A stretch of 64,000 bases of DNA from the human T2T-CHM13v2.0 reference genome, Homo sapiens. Position numbers and translations under genes: made by a program. The DNA is taken from assembly GCF_009914755.1 (NCBI RefSeq), contig NC_060935.1; one strand, written 5' to 3'. The notes beneath the pieces were generated by a model. It saw only the letters and a program-made list of their open reading frames with translations, made no database searches and was not told the origin of the DNA. How positions within the stretch are numbered: position 1 is the first letter of the stretch; the number at the start of each line of letters is the position of its first letter. Shown piece by piece: positions 1 to 13,611 of this stretch.

Positions 1-289
1 GAACCCAGGCATTCTTGTTCCTAAGTTAATACTTCTATTTGGTTTACAGAATAATTTCATACTTTCTCATCAATGGGCCTACATATGTAAATTATTAGGA
101 ATTATCTTTTAAGACTCGGAAAAGATAAATGCTATCATGGAAGGAACACAATCGGTGTTCTCTATTTCCCTACCTTTATTTGTCTATATGGTTTTCAAAA
201 TAATAAAACTTAGAGCTGGAACCAATTAACTTATCTTGACATTCTGAATGTTAGGCCAGACACAGAATATCAGGAGATATTGTATTGTA

Positions 290-306
290 TCTCTCTCTCT
301 CTCATG

Positions 307-354
<48 letters not shown>
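290..354. repeat. (TC)n followed by (TG)~22 microsatellite
   Basis: Direct reading. Confidence 0.97.
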
Positions 355-357
<3 letters not shown>

Positions 358-361
358 AGTG

Positions 362-841
362 CAGTTGTCCCTAGGTATCCATGAGGGATTGGTTCCAGGT
401 CCTTCCGTGGATACTAAAATCTAAGGCTACTCACGTTCCTGATATAAAATCATAATATTTACATATAACCTAGGCACATCTTCCCATATACTTTAAATCA
501 TGCCGAGATTACTTATAATACGTAATATCATGTAAATGCTATGTAAATTTTTGTTATAAGATACACTTTTAAATTGACATATATTTGTACATATTTATGG
601 GCGGTATATAGTGATGTGTCAATACGTATAACATATAGTGATTAGATTAGGGTAATTAGCATAGCCATCATCTCAAACATCTATCATTTCTTTGTGTTGA
701 GAATATTCAATATCCTGTTTATAGAATAATGCCAAAAGAAGTCTGTACCTGTTCAACACAGACACAATTTTTTTCAAATGTTTTCAATCTGCGGTTTGTT
801 AAATCCGGGGATGCAGAACCCACATATACAGAGGGCCAAAG
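362..841 (+). mobile_element. MER2-type TcMar-Tigger non-autonomous DNA transposon, interrupted by an L1MA 3' fragment (about 565-716, minus)
   Basis: CAGTTGTCCCTAGGTATCCATGAGGGATTGGTTCCAGG start and GATGCAGAACCCACATATACAGAGGGCC end resemble MER2 termini. Confidence 0.8.
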
Positions 842-842
842 A

Positions 843-843
<1 letters not shown>

Positions 844-874
<31 letters not shown>
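844..874. repeat. (AC)~15 microsatellite
   Basis: Direct reading. Confidence 0.97.
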
Positions 875-879
<5 letters not shown>

Positions 880-3097
880 TTTAAAGCCAATAGATTCTAG
901 AATTGCAGAGCCAATCCAAAGTTAGTTTGTAAAAGTTTGCTGTAAAAATATGCTTAGATAAGATCACCTACTGAATTGATTCAAGGAGTATTTTTGTTTT
1001 TTTTTTTAGATCCTTTTAAAATCAAACTCTCAATCAAACGATGGCAAAATTAAAACAAATGGTATAAAAAGTAAGTTTGATTTTCTTCTGCCTATTGTCC
1101 TTTGCTATTTTTCTTTTTAAATATAAATAGTTAAAAATAAACATCAATGTTATATTTCCATGATATGTTTCACATAAAATTTTAATTCTATAATGTTTTA
1201 TGTATGATTTATTTTAACCGTGTATTAGAGCAAGTGAAAATGTATTGCAAGAATCCATATCTTTCTCATGGGAAAATCCATTATAAATCCTAAACTTTTT
1301 TTTTTTTAATTCTCAATTTATTTGACTGTTTGAGGAAACCTGGGATTAGAGGCAATGACTGTTAGTGAAATTCATGAAAAAGTTATTTATCACCTGCCTG
1401 GTTCCAGGAAGAATAAGAAGCAGCTTTCAAGGACATCATACAGTAGAGCGTAAATTAAAGTAGAACCAAATAAATAACATAAATAGAAAACACGAGGTTG
1501 GGGACATAAAATGGAGTTGAAATAAAGCTATCTACCTTAGAATGAGCCACAAATCTGAAAACTCTGGAACCTTAGTTTCACTGTCCTGAACAACTCTAAA
1601 GTCAATCTTCAATTTTCGGGGCAAGGTGTCTGATCTGTGTGCCTGGCCCCTACCTGGCTTCCCTTCTTTCTCCACTGGCCTACTGACCTTTATGTAACAC
1701 TACTCTTCCTTTATTTTATTCTAAAGGGAGTATCAATCCAGGCATCTTCTTCTGCTTATTAAAAGTCTTAGGGTATTTCTTGGTTTGTTTGTTGGTGTTT
1801 TCTTGTTTTGTTTTGTTTTGTTTTGTTTTAGCAATCAAACAAAAAGCTGGTTGCCTAGAAACTAAAATGGGCATGTTTGAAACCTCGTAGCCTTTATTTT
1901 TCTTACAAAAGTTGAGAATTGTATTTCTCTTCAAACTGAGGGAGATTTTGGCATCTCTCACTAGACTTTAGGAATTGAAGGGAGTTATCCTTTTTGGTAA
2001 AATTTGCCATCTATATACTCTGGGATATAGACAAATTTCCAAAAAATAACTATAAAGGAGGAGAGCTAGATGAAGAAATTGAACAACTTATGTACCTGGA
2101 AAATTACTGAGGGTAAGCATTGAAATAAATACTTGTCTTTAAATATGATATGTGATACTCTTTTTAGGTATTTATTGATGACTAAATACCTAGCTACTCA
2201 ACACCACTTAGAAATGAAAAAGGTTGAGACTAGCTTAAACTAAAATGATTTGTAATTGCAGTATGACTATTCTTATTGTAATGAACAAAAACAATTGATA
2301 TTTGGATTACAGTAGAAGAAAGAGAGCAAGTAAAAACAAAAGGGATTTCGGAATGGGGAAAGAAGAAACCCAACTTTTGTTTCCTACAGCAAAACCAACT
2401 TTAAACAAAAATGGGGACTCAGTCACAGTGCATAGGCCTGCAATTTGATCTTACTGATGTTCATGGATATATTGGAAAATCCAAAATATTTTAAATATAT
2501 TTGGAATAAAAGCACCAATTTAGCTGAAGCAATCCCCTCCCACAAAAAATCCTGTGGCCTGTAAAGCATATTTATGTTCACTGCAAATGGAAAACTGTAA
2601 AATAGATTTTATCATCATGCTTCAAAGATAAAAACAGTAAAATAGGTTTTGGATAGGAGAAAAAAAATACCTTGACAATGTCCTTTTAATTTGATTATTT
2701 GCCTCAATGTTCATAAACAAGGATGGAAAACAGATGCCAGAAAGACATATGGCCAGGGAAGAAGAAATAGTAAAGGAAATCAGTTTAATTAGAATTCAAT
2801 CAAAATTTAAGAAATGTGTAACTCTAAGGATTGCCAAAAATAGTCTGTGTCAAAGCACCAGACACTCTGGAATACATTATGCTTTCGAACACACTGGTTA
2901 TGGAAAAGGAAAATTATTCAGTTTAGGAAAGAGATTATAATTTAACTGGTCACAGAATGAGAATAGGGAGAATTCAAAAACTCCCCCCATTTTAATTCAG
3001 TTAAAATCTCAGATGACTCAGGAAATATAAGGAGAAGAAGAACAAAGAGACTACCTACATAGATATAACCCATGTTCTAGGGAGGACAATTTAGAAA

Positions 3098-3320
3098 TGT
3101 ATTTGTCTAAATTTAAGGGATACCAGTGCAATTTTGTTACACCAGTATACTGCATAGTGGTGAAGTCTTGCCTTTTAGTACACCAGTCACTCAAATAATA
3201 TGCACTGTACCCATTAAATAATTTGTCACCACCTGTCCCTCCCCTCTTCTGAGCCCCCACTTTTCTAAGTCTCCAATGTCTATCATTCCACACTCCATGT
3301 CCATGTACACACATTATTTT
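3098..3320 (-). mobile_element. L1MA-type 3' end fragment
   Basis: TGCATAGTGGTGAAGTC...CATTGTACCCATTAAATAATTT-like motifs of L1MA 3' UTRs. Confidence 0.7.
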
Positions 3321-4645
3321 TCCAGGCAAAATCTGTCATTTTTAGTAAAAAGGGAAAAAAAGTCAATTTTCTAGATGAAAATCTGTACTACAGATGTCAT
3401 TTCTAGTAAATTGCACTATTTTCATTTTATGTTCCTCATTTATATTATGAATCTGAGATACCAAATTTTGGCCTTATATATTTTAAGGGGAAAATATCTA
3501 TGATGATGGATTTTACTCTCATAAGAAAATGTCCAGTTTCCTGTAATTCCTATCATCACTAGAAATAATTAGGATGTTTCCACTGTCTAAAAGGCTTTGC
3601 ACAAGCTTTCTAGCATGAGTCATTTTGAACAGCCCTAATATGGCTAAAACACCAAAAATATGACAAAATAATTAGAAAACAATATGTTAGTAATGGTGAT
3701 GTTTGTGTTTGCGCCCACATATTACGAATGTTTGAAAATGAATCATGCCCATGTTTAAGCACTGGAAGTAACCCAACTGATAGTTCTTTCTACATAGCAC
3801 ATTAATAGATGGTCCAAAAGACATTTAGGCACTAAGCTTCAGAATTATTTCAATCTGCCTCTCAGAGTTAAACAGATCCAGAAATGTGGCTTCAAAAACG
3901 TGAAGAATAGGCTTGTTAGCAATGCAAGACACAAATTTCTCTACTTGTTAACAGAATGATAGGTCAATATTTCTCAAACCTATCCTGTCACACTAATGAA
4001 AGGCTAGATCCATCTGAACATAGCATTTTTACCAAAGCATGGGTAGATAGCTTTTGCTAAGAAAATAGGCTATTTTTGCTGTCAGGTTCTGGTGTACTTA
4101 GTCCCTAAAAAATGTATATTCTTTACTGAAACAAGTATTACATTAGTATTTACATGACTGCCTTTTATTTAAGATTTATCTGGTCATATTAGCTAAAATA
4201 AATACAAGACAAAACTTTCATCTCAAATTTTGCCAGAGGAGAAACAGAAAAAGTGTTCATCTTTTAGGATGTCATTTGAAATATATGCTCAATGGTACTA
4301 TGACCTCATAAAGAAATATAAAAGTATATGCATAGATGTACATAGAGAAAAGAGTAAAAGGAAATTAATATAGTTACTGAGTATCCTTTCACACATTAAC
4401 AGTGGTGATATTACAGGTGAATTTTATCTTTTCCGTTTTTTTTGTTTCCTATAGCAAACATGTATTACTTTTTGATAATAAAAGCAATACAAATTATTTA
4501 AACCCAAACAGGAATTATTTTGTAATGTTAAAAACAATAAAGATTACTGAAACCCAACTGTGATTCCCTGAAATTTTCACTTTGGAGATAAGATTTTTCC
4601 CCACTTAAAACATATTTCTAGTAGATAATAGAGGTCCAGGCTTCA

Positions 4646-4819
<174 letters not shown>

Positions 4820-6184
4820 CTAGCAGGGAAGTGACAAAATATTTAAATTTGACTAAAGAAAGGTTCAGCATAAACGATTTTCATGTGTTCTAATAGTTCC
4901 ATGCTTTCCAATGAAATACATTGTTAGAATTAAAGAACAAACATAAAACATCAAATTAACAGGCAACAAACAAATGGCAAAAAGTTCTAATATGTTTTAC
5001 ATAAATTTGAAGATTTCAATTTATCAAGCTTTTCCTTTATGACAAACAAGCTTTCTTTCAAAGCACAGAAAAAATTTTAATTGAATATTATAAAAAGATT
5101 AATCTAAATTTTACATACGGCTTTTATGATTATATAGTTTTTTCATCTAGAAAGAGATCAATATTAACTCAGTTGCCTAAATACTTTTTTAAAAATACCA
5201 CCTTTCCTGCATTGATCTAAAATGTCACAGAGTTTATACTAAATTCCCGTTTGTATATGGCTCTGTCTCTGGACTGCCTGTTTTATTCTATTGATCTCTC
5301 CTTTTATTCTTGTGCCAAAAACTCTTTCACTTAAGAAGACTTTAATTTTCAATATTTTTTTTTTTTGAGGGAATCTTTAAGTTTTCATGTATTTATTTTT
5401 ACAACTGAACCATACATATGGCAGAGTTAATATACAAAAAGCACTATCCCAAAATAAAAATTGGTAAAGAATATTAAAAAGTTACAATATTTAATATTAA
5501 TATTAAAATATTACAAAGGACAGGTTATATAGAAGAACTACAAGTGAATCTTAAGGGTGGTTAACCTCAAAGGTAGTTTGAGAGATAGGTAGAAAAGGAG
5601 TTGAGTCTAAAACAAGATAGAATGTTTATCTACTCAGAATGGTAAAGTTGGATAAAACCCATTCCACTGTGGGTGGAAGAAATAAGCCCTGTCACACACT
5701 GTTGGTGTGTATGGAAACTGGTACACCATTTTTGAAGGGAAACCTAGCAAATGTTTGGAAACCTAAAAATAAAAATTTGACATATTAATTCCACATGTAA
5801 GAATTTTTGTTTACGAGTAAAAGTCATGCAAGTAAGCAAGCTATATCAACAAATATGTTTACTGTATAAAAAATAAAAATCTAATAACAAAAATCTGAAA
5901 ATTATAATAAACATCCCTAAATAGTAAACAGATTATGTGAATATAATGAAGTAACAATGCAACCTTTAAAAAGATAAAGTGGACATTTATTGACTGTTAT
6001 ATAAAGTTGTCCAAGAAAGAAATTTGTGTATAGAAATATAACAATGGTTCATTATTCTCCATTCAGAACTGGAAAAATTGGGAGGAGACATGTTTATACT
6101 ATTTGAAAACTTACCATAAACATATATTACTTTTATTGGAAAAATCTACCTTTAAAAGCTATCTATCTGTCTATCCATCTATCT

Positions 6185-6473
6185 ATTTATTTTGAGACAG
6201 AGTCTCACTCTGTCACCCAGCCTGGAGTGCAGGAAATGATCTTGGCTCACTGCAACCTCTGCCTCCAGAGTTCAGTGATCCTCCCACTGCAGTCTCCCAA
6301 ATAGCTGAGACTACAGGTGCACGCCACCATACCCAGCTAATTTTTGTAGTTTTAGTAGAGACGGGGTTTCACTATGTTGCCTAGGCTGGTCTCCAACTCC
6401 TGACCTCAAGTTATCCACCCATCTCAGCCTCCCAAAGTGCTGGGATTACAGGCATGAGCCATTGTGCCCGGCC
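6185..6473 (-). mobile_element. Alu (AluJ/older AluS type)
   Basis: Full dimeric Alu in reverse, ending TGTGCCCGGCC. Confidence 0.95.
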
Positions 6474-6882
6474 AGCTTTTTAAAAGATACCTCACATAAT
6501 CTAAGAAAGCAGAGAATGGGGCCAGTGCTTGAAGAGAGAGACTAAAAATATTCCACCAATAAAAATGCAGCTGGTGGAAATTCTAATGCGGTAAAGAAGG
6601 AATTGAAGGCATTATTGGAAAACAGCAACAAATGGGAAAATGGAGTTGAGTCTCAAATGGTGATGTTCCTGTCTTATAACAAATGTTTTAGAATTTGGAT
6701 TCATAAAGTCATTGTTATATCATTAGCACAGTAAGAAAATGGCAATCCCTGTAAGATTCTATATAAATACGTCTAGATTTTAAAGACTGGCATTTAGTGT
6801 AGGTAGAGTGCCTCACAATTAGTACAGATGCTTATGATTTGTTAGAGAATCTGCCTAGTGCAACTGTTAATTAGAAAATCCT

Positions 6883-7210
<328 letters not shown>

Positions 7211-7219
7211 TTATCCTTA

Positions 7220-7456
<237 letters not shown>

Positions 7457-7488
7457 CTAGGAAAAACAAAGCAAAACAAAAGCAATAA

Positions 7489-7855
<367 letters not shown>

Positions 7856-8018
7856 GAGAAACATTCTATTTTTAGTTTTACTGTTCATTTATCATATATC
7901 AATTGCAGTTTCTGCTGACTGACCTCTAAAATATTTTAGCACATGAAGATTTTCTTCATACCCTCAAAAAGGAAATTTATCTAAAGCATAATCAAAGTTA
8001 TTTAAAAAAGAGTATGCT

Positions 8019-8308
8019 GGCCGGGTGTGTTGGCTCCCGCCTGTAATCCCCTCACTTTGGGAGGCTGAAGTTGGCAGATCGCTTGAGCCCAGAAGTTGGA
8101 GACCAGCCTGAGCAACATGGCAAAACCTTGTCTCTAAAAAATACAGAAAAAATTAGCCGGGAGTGGGGATGTGTGCCTGTCAAGTCCCAGCTACTCAGGA
8201 GGCTGAGATGGGAGGATCACCCGGGCAGGTTGAGGCTGCAGTGATCCGTGATCATGCCACTGTCACTCTAGCCTGGGCAACAAAGCGAGACCCTGTCTAA
8301 AAAAAAAA
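8019..8308 (+). mobile_element. AluJ
   Basis: GATCGCTTGAGCCCAG and GAGGCTGCAGTGA J diagnostics; TSD AAAAAAGAGTATG. Confidence 0.93.
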
Positions 8309-8871
8309 GAGTATGGTGTACCAAACTCACCTGTTGATTCGGAAGAAATATAACCAACTTTTTCCACAGCATGATCATAGGACTTTGCATATATCATCTC
8401 CTTCATGGGCACAACTTCATCAGTTAGGCATACAATATACATTTAATAGGTCTTTGGAAGACCTTGTAAACTGTGTTAGTAAACTTGAGGAGCATAGAAC
8501 ATTTGGAAAGTTTCCAGAGAAGAGCAAGTACGTGTCTATTTAACAGATTTTAATTGAAGAACTTTATATGGCAGGCACAGGGTCAAAAGATGAAATCTAG
8601 ACATAGAGTCTGCAATTTGAGACTCTTCTCTTTAGAGAAAAGAAAGTTTAATGAAACACTGTTGTAGTTTTGTAGTTTGTTGCTGATAATCTAATACTCT
8701 ATTGGGAAGACTTAAATCATGCAGGTCACATTCAGATTACCGTAAACTCATGTCATGCTTCTATAAGGCATCATTTTATATCTTCATTCATGCTTTTTCT
8801 AATATTTCCTCCCTCTATTTTCTTACACTAAGACCACCTATAACCAAATGCTAATCAAGAAAGCCTATTAG

Positions 8872-9102
8872 CAGGGGTGTTCAATCTTTTGGCTTCCCTG
8901 GGCCACATTGGAAGAAGAATTGTCTTGGGCCACACATAAAATACACTAACACTAATGATAGCTGATGAACTTAAAAAATTTTCACAAAGAAATCTCATAA
9001 TGTTTTTAGAAAATTTACAAATTTGTGTTGAGCTGTGTTCAAAACCATCCTGGGCCTCATGTCCAACCCACATGTCCTTGGGGTGTGGGTTGGACAAGCT
9101 TG
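8872..9102 (+). mobile_element. MER30 (hAT-Charlie MITE)
   Basis: CAGGGGTGTTCAATCTTTTGGCTTCCCTGGGCCACATTGGAAGAAGAATTG...TTGGACAAGCTTG. Confidence 0.88.
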
Positions 9103-9924
9103 AGCTAGAGCTTGTTGTATTGCAGGTGGATGGTATTATCTCATTTAATCTTTACAATTGCTCAGGTTGAATTATGTGTCCAAAATCATGCAGCTAGTAA
9201 GCACCAAAATCGAGCTTTAAACCTAAATCTGCTTGGCCCCAAGCCTTTTGCCTTTGAGATAATGCCACTTTATCTCTCTTATTTGTAGAGTACTTTTCTA
9301 CTTTGATTTTTGAAACAACTGAGGGGGCAAGCTGGGCAAATACCGTTCCCATTTTGCACATGAAAAAACTAAGGTTCTCACACAGCTTCAGTGACAGACT
9401 TTTCTCTTAAACCCAGAACTGCAGATTTAAAGTTAGTTGTCTTCTCTTCCTGAAACCAGTGTGTTGTAGGATGAAAAGATTTCTTTGGAAAGTTCAAGAG
9501 AAATGTATGTGATTCTGGATGTCAGTCAATAAGGCCATATGTGGGGGGTGTCTGTATGGAGAACAGCTTAATACTAGGTATGTGTAAGGTACCTACTTGG
9601 GCTCCTTTCTGTAAATTATGCCAAAAGTGAATATCATTGCAGTTTAGTAACTATTAAAGAGGCTACAATTTGCTAAACTGCAGGTCCAAAAAGATTCCAG
9701 AAAAGCAAATTAATAAAGCAAATTGTGTCTTACCTGAGAATGGCTAGTTGAGAATGGCTCAAACTACTTATAAACAGACGTCTGGGCAGATAGCATCTAG
9801 AGTGTTACAAGGAAACGGCTTTGCCCATTTTATAAAATGGTCTGTTAGGGCCATGCGGACGAACTCTTAGATTTGGAGGTACATATTTGTCCATGTCCAC
9901 TATACTATAGTATAGTAGTTACGA

Positions 9925-10170
9925 CTTGGTAGTTTAGAGCTGGATATACCTGTAATCAATCCCAACTCTTCTACTTACGAGCCATGTGACCTTTAATATG
10001 TTAGAACCAGTCTATGAAGTAGGGGTTCTTATTACTCTCATTTTATAGGTAAGAACACTGAGGCTTAGTGAGATTAAATAAGTATTAAAGAGATTATGCA
10101 TGCCAAGGACTTAGCAAGGTTGTGAGCATTTAGCAAGCATTCGATAAATTGTAACTACTTTATTTTATAT
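9925..10170 (+). mobile_element. MIR with an inverted central segment
   Basis: MIR 5' and 3' parts lie on +; the core (about 9999-10082) lies on -. Confidence 0.7.
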
Positions 10171-11107
10171 CATCAAAGAGAAGATCTGGAAACAGGCCAT
10201 CTCTTGACATTAAAAAAATACCATGGAGCTGAGACAAAATTTAACGCACCTGGCTTCTCTTGAATGTAGAGTTCAAGTATAGTGAATTCTTAGTCCTTTT
10301 AAAAGCAACAAAGTAATTGTCAAAAGCAGTGCTCTCTAGAATTCTAAGAAAGCTCAGATATATTTAGATATTTGAAAAGAAAGTATGATCTTTCAAATGT
10401 AGGTAACACTTTTTTAAAGCAGAACCCACATGGACTGAAAAAGTAAAGTGCAAGAGCTTTGTGGTATTTAATAACCTTAATCTATAAATTTTTGTCCAAT
10501 TCATCACTAATTCCTAAGACATTTTCTTAAGCAAAAATACCTATTTAAAAAGGAGAGAGAGAAAGAAAGAATAAGACTATGATTTCAGAAATACACACTT
10601 TTTCTACTTGGGAAATCATTTACAAATATTTTCATATTTTCAGTTATTGACATTACTATTAACTCATATTTTAAGTAACTGACATGTGAACTCACTCAAA
10701 TAAAATGTTGGTGGTAGCTCATTAGCCAGAATGCAGCTCTATGATTTTGGTTCCTTGAGAGGAAAAGTGAAGCTGATGGGTTAACTTAATTCTGGGTCAT
10801 GTCTTTGGATCACACACCTACACTGTACATTCATTCATTAATCAAATATGGGTGCTTGCCTATTAACCTTTGAAAAGTTGAAAAGAGATAACTCACAGTG
10901 GGCTAATGAAACACAGTTTAGAAACTATAAAAGATACCCGTTAAAATGATCCTTTCGGAAGTTCCTCTTAGTTGGATTTTAAATAATAGATGTTATGATT
11001 TGTGATTTTAATCTCTGGCTCTTCTTTCTATATAAAGAATGAAGTTTACTTCATAGAAATTAACAGTGTAGAGAAAAATGCATGTCTTGATTCTCAGTAA
11101 TCTACTA

Positions 11108-11308
11108 TGTGGGCTTTGGAGATGGCAGACCTGGGTTTGAAACTTACTAGCTATGTGACTTTAGATAAATGATATAGTATCTTAAAGCTTCTAACCCTAA
11201 TGTTTAAAAAGGGAATAATATTAGTACCCATGAATTAGTGTTGCTGTGAAGATCATACAAGACAATGAATGCCAAGTTCCTGGCACAGGGTAGTGCAGAT
11301 CAATGGTA

Positions 11309-11352
<44 letters not shown>
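11108..11352 (+). mobile_element. MIR ending in an (ATT)~14 microsatellite (11308-11352)
   Basis: GGGCTTTGGAG...ACTTACTAGCTATGTGAC...CCTGGCACA. Confidence 0.75.
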
Positions 11353-11587
11353 CATTGTTTTCATTATTTCACAAACAGTATCTAGCTCTTTGCAGTCCCC
11401 ATCACAAAGCTATGCTATCATATAGAAAGTCATGTTGGAATTCCTGGATATTATCTGCAGGTGTTGGAAATAAAACAATTATTCATATATTTTCACAACA
11501 AATCTTTTACACACAGCACTGAGATAGATACCACTCTCTTATTAAGATGGGAGTTTGTAAAATAAGATTCTACATGTGAGGAGTAAG

Positions 11588-11988
11588 CATATTAGTCCCT
11601 TCCTCTTTCTCACAGTCAGCAATAGAAGCATTGACACTCAAGAACTACCTGAGACTGGGTAATTTAGAAAAAAGAGGTTTAATTGGCTCATGGTTCTATG
11701 GGCTATACAGGCTTCTGCTTTTGGAGAGGCCTCAGGAAACTTACAATCATGGCGGAAGGCAAAGGGGAAGCAAGCACCTTCTCCATGTGGCAGCAGGAGA
11801 GAGAGAGAGAGAGAGAGTGAAGGGAGAAGTGCCACACAGTTTTAAACCATCAAATCTCATGAGAACTCACTCACTAGCATGAGAACAGCAAGAGGAAAAT
11901 CCATCCCCACGATGCAGTCATCTCCTACCAGGCCCCTCCTCCAATTCAACAAGAGATTTGGGCAGGGACACAAATCCAAACCATATCA
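11588..11988 (-). mobile_element. MST-type MaLR solo LTR
   Basis: CCTGAGACTGGGTAATTT...CCAAACCATATCA; 5-bp TSD GTAAG. Confidence 0.9.
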
Positions 11989-13410
11989 GTAAGAAAAGTG
12001 TATTATACTATGATATATACAGTGTTGCATTGGCCAACCATGCTTCTTGGGACCAAGTGTAACTCTGGGGCTCTTCTGCTCCTCAGGATAATTGTCACCA
12101 GATGGCACACTGATCATGGAGCTCTATGGTGATGATTAACAAGCATTTATAAAGCATCTACTATGTGGGGTTGTGAGGATATAAAAGTTAATCGGCACTA
12201 TTCTATAGAAAAGGTAAAAAGAAATGGAATACAATTTCAAAACAAGAATTGAAGAAAAACATTTTCCTAGATATGTCAGCCTTTTTCTATTGATTGTTGC
12301 CATCAGCAGTGGCTGCTTAGTTAATATAGTGTTTGGTTATATACACTTAGTATAATGTCTGGTTAGCTTTTACTCTTCCCTTTGCACAAGAATTTTCAGG
12401 TCCCATTGAAGCTACGAAGCTTGGAGAGCGGCGATGAAGGTAAACAGATTGTTTCAGGGGCTGGGGTTGCTCATCAATCAAACTGTTGCACTTAACTCCC
12501 TCCCTAACTGTTGACTTGTCATAGACCTACAGTCCTGTGAGAATGAGATTTTCTCTGCCCATCTGTTTCAAACTACAATAGGATATTCAAAGGCAAGAAC
12601 ACACATACACATACCCCCATATCACTTACTGCATTTATTTGTTTATGTTTCTGCCTCTCTTGAATAGACTCAATATCCTTCAAGACAAGGATTATATCTT
12701 AGTCGTCTTTGAATCCTCCCAACCTAGCATGGTGTGAGGTACGTAGTAGGTAATCAACACATTTTGCTAACCGATGTAAAGAAAGGAACATAGCTGAGTA
12801 GAAAGCATACCTGGATTTGAATTTCTGCCCTGCCACTTATATAACTATATGATCTTGAAAAGGTTATTTCATTTGCTGGCCTTCTCCTAATTTCACGTCA
12901 TTATGGACAACTTAAATTCTGCTATAGCATAGACTGTAAATAACAGAATAATTCATAAAGCTCAGCTAAGGTACACTTTCTTCTTCCTCTTTGGTCAGGA
13001 TCCAAGTCCTGTTCTTCTGGAGCTGTGATTCTGCCTCGCAGACTATTTTGCTTGTGACACCCTTTGTCACCCTGTTAAGGTCTGATAACAGTCACACCAC
13101 CTTTGTCCCAACGAAAAGTACTTTTCAAAGCAGCCATTTTCTTGGAGGATAGTTATCTTTGAAACAATGCCAAGCATTTTTTGAATATTATACACTAGAA
13201 CATAGCAACGGTCTAAAAACAGACACGGCGGGAGTTTCTCTACCCTTCCTCTTTCTCAGTGTCAGCAGCAGAGGCATCTGGAGGGCCATGTGCACATGCA
13301 TGAGCAGACCTCTAGGAAGATGTAAAGGAGCTGGAAGACCTCCAGAAAAACTCTCTATCCAGAATGACAGAGAAGAGGACAATTCCTGCTATATAAAAGA
13401 GGGGATTTTT

Positions 13411-13611
13411 TTTCCTTTATTTTTTATTTTAAGTTCTGGGATACATTTGCAGAACATGTTGGTTTATTACATAGGTATACATGTGCTATGGTGGTTTGCT
13501 GCACCTGTCCACCTGTCATCTAGGTTTTAAGCCCTGCATGCATTATTTGTCCTAATGCTCTCCCTCCCATTGCCCCCCACCCCCTGACAGGCCCCGGTGT
13601 GTGATGTTCCC
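13411..13611 (-). mobile_element. 5'-truncated L1PA 3' end (about 200 bp)
   Basis: L1PA 3' UTR. Perfect 16-bp TSD AAAAGAGGGGATTTTT at 13395-13410 and 13612-13627. Confidence 0.92.
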
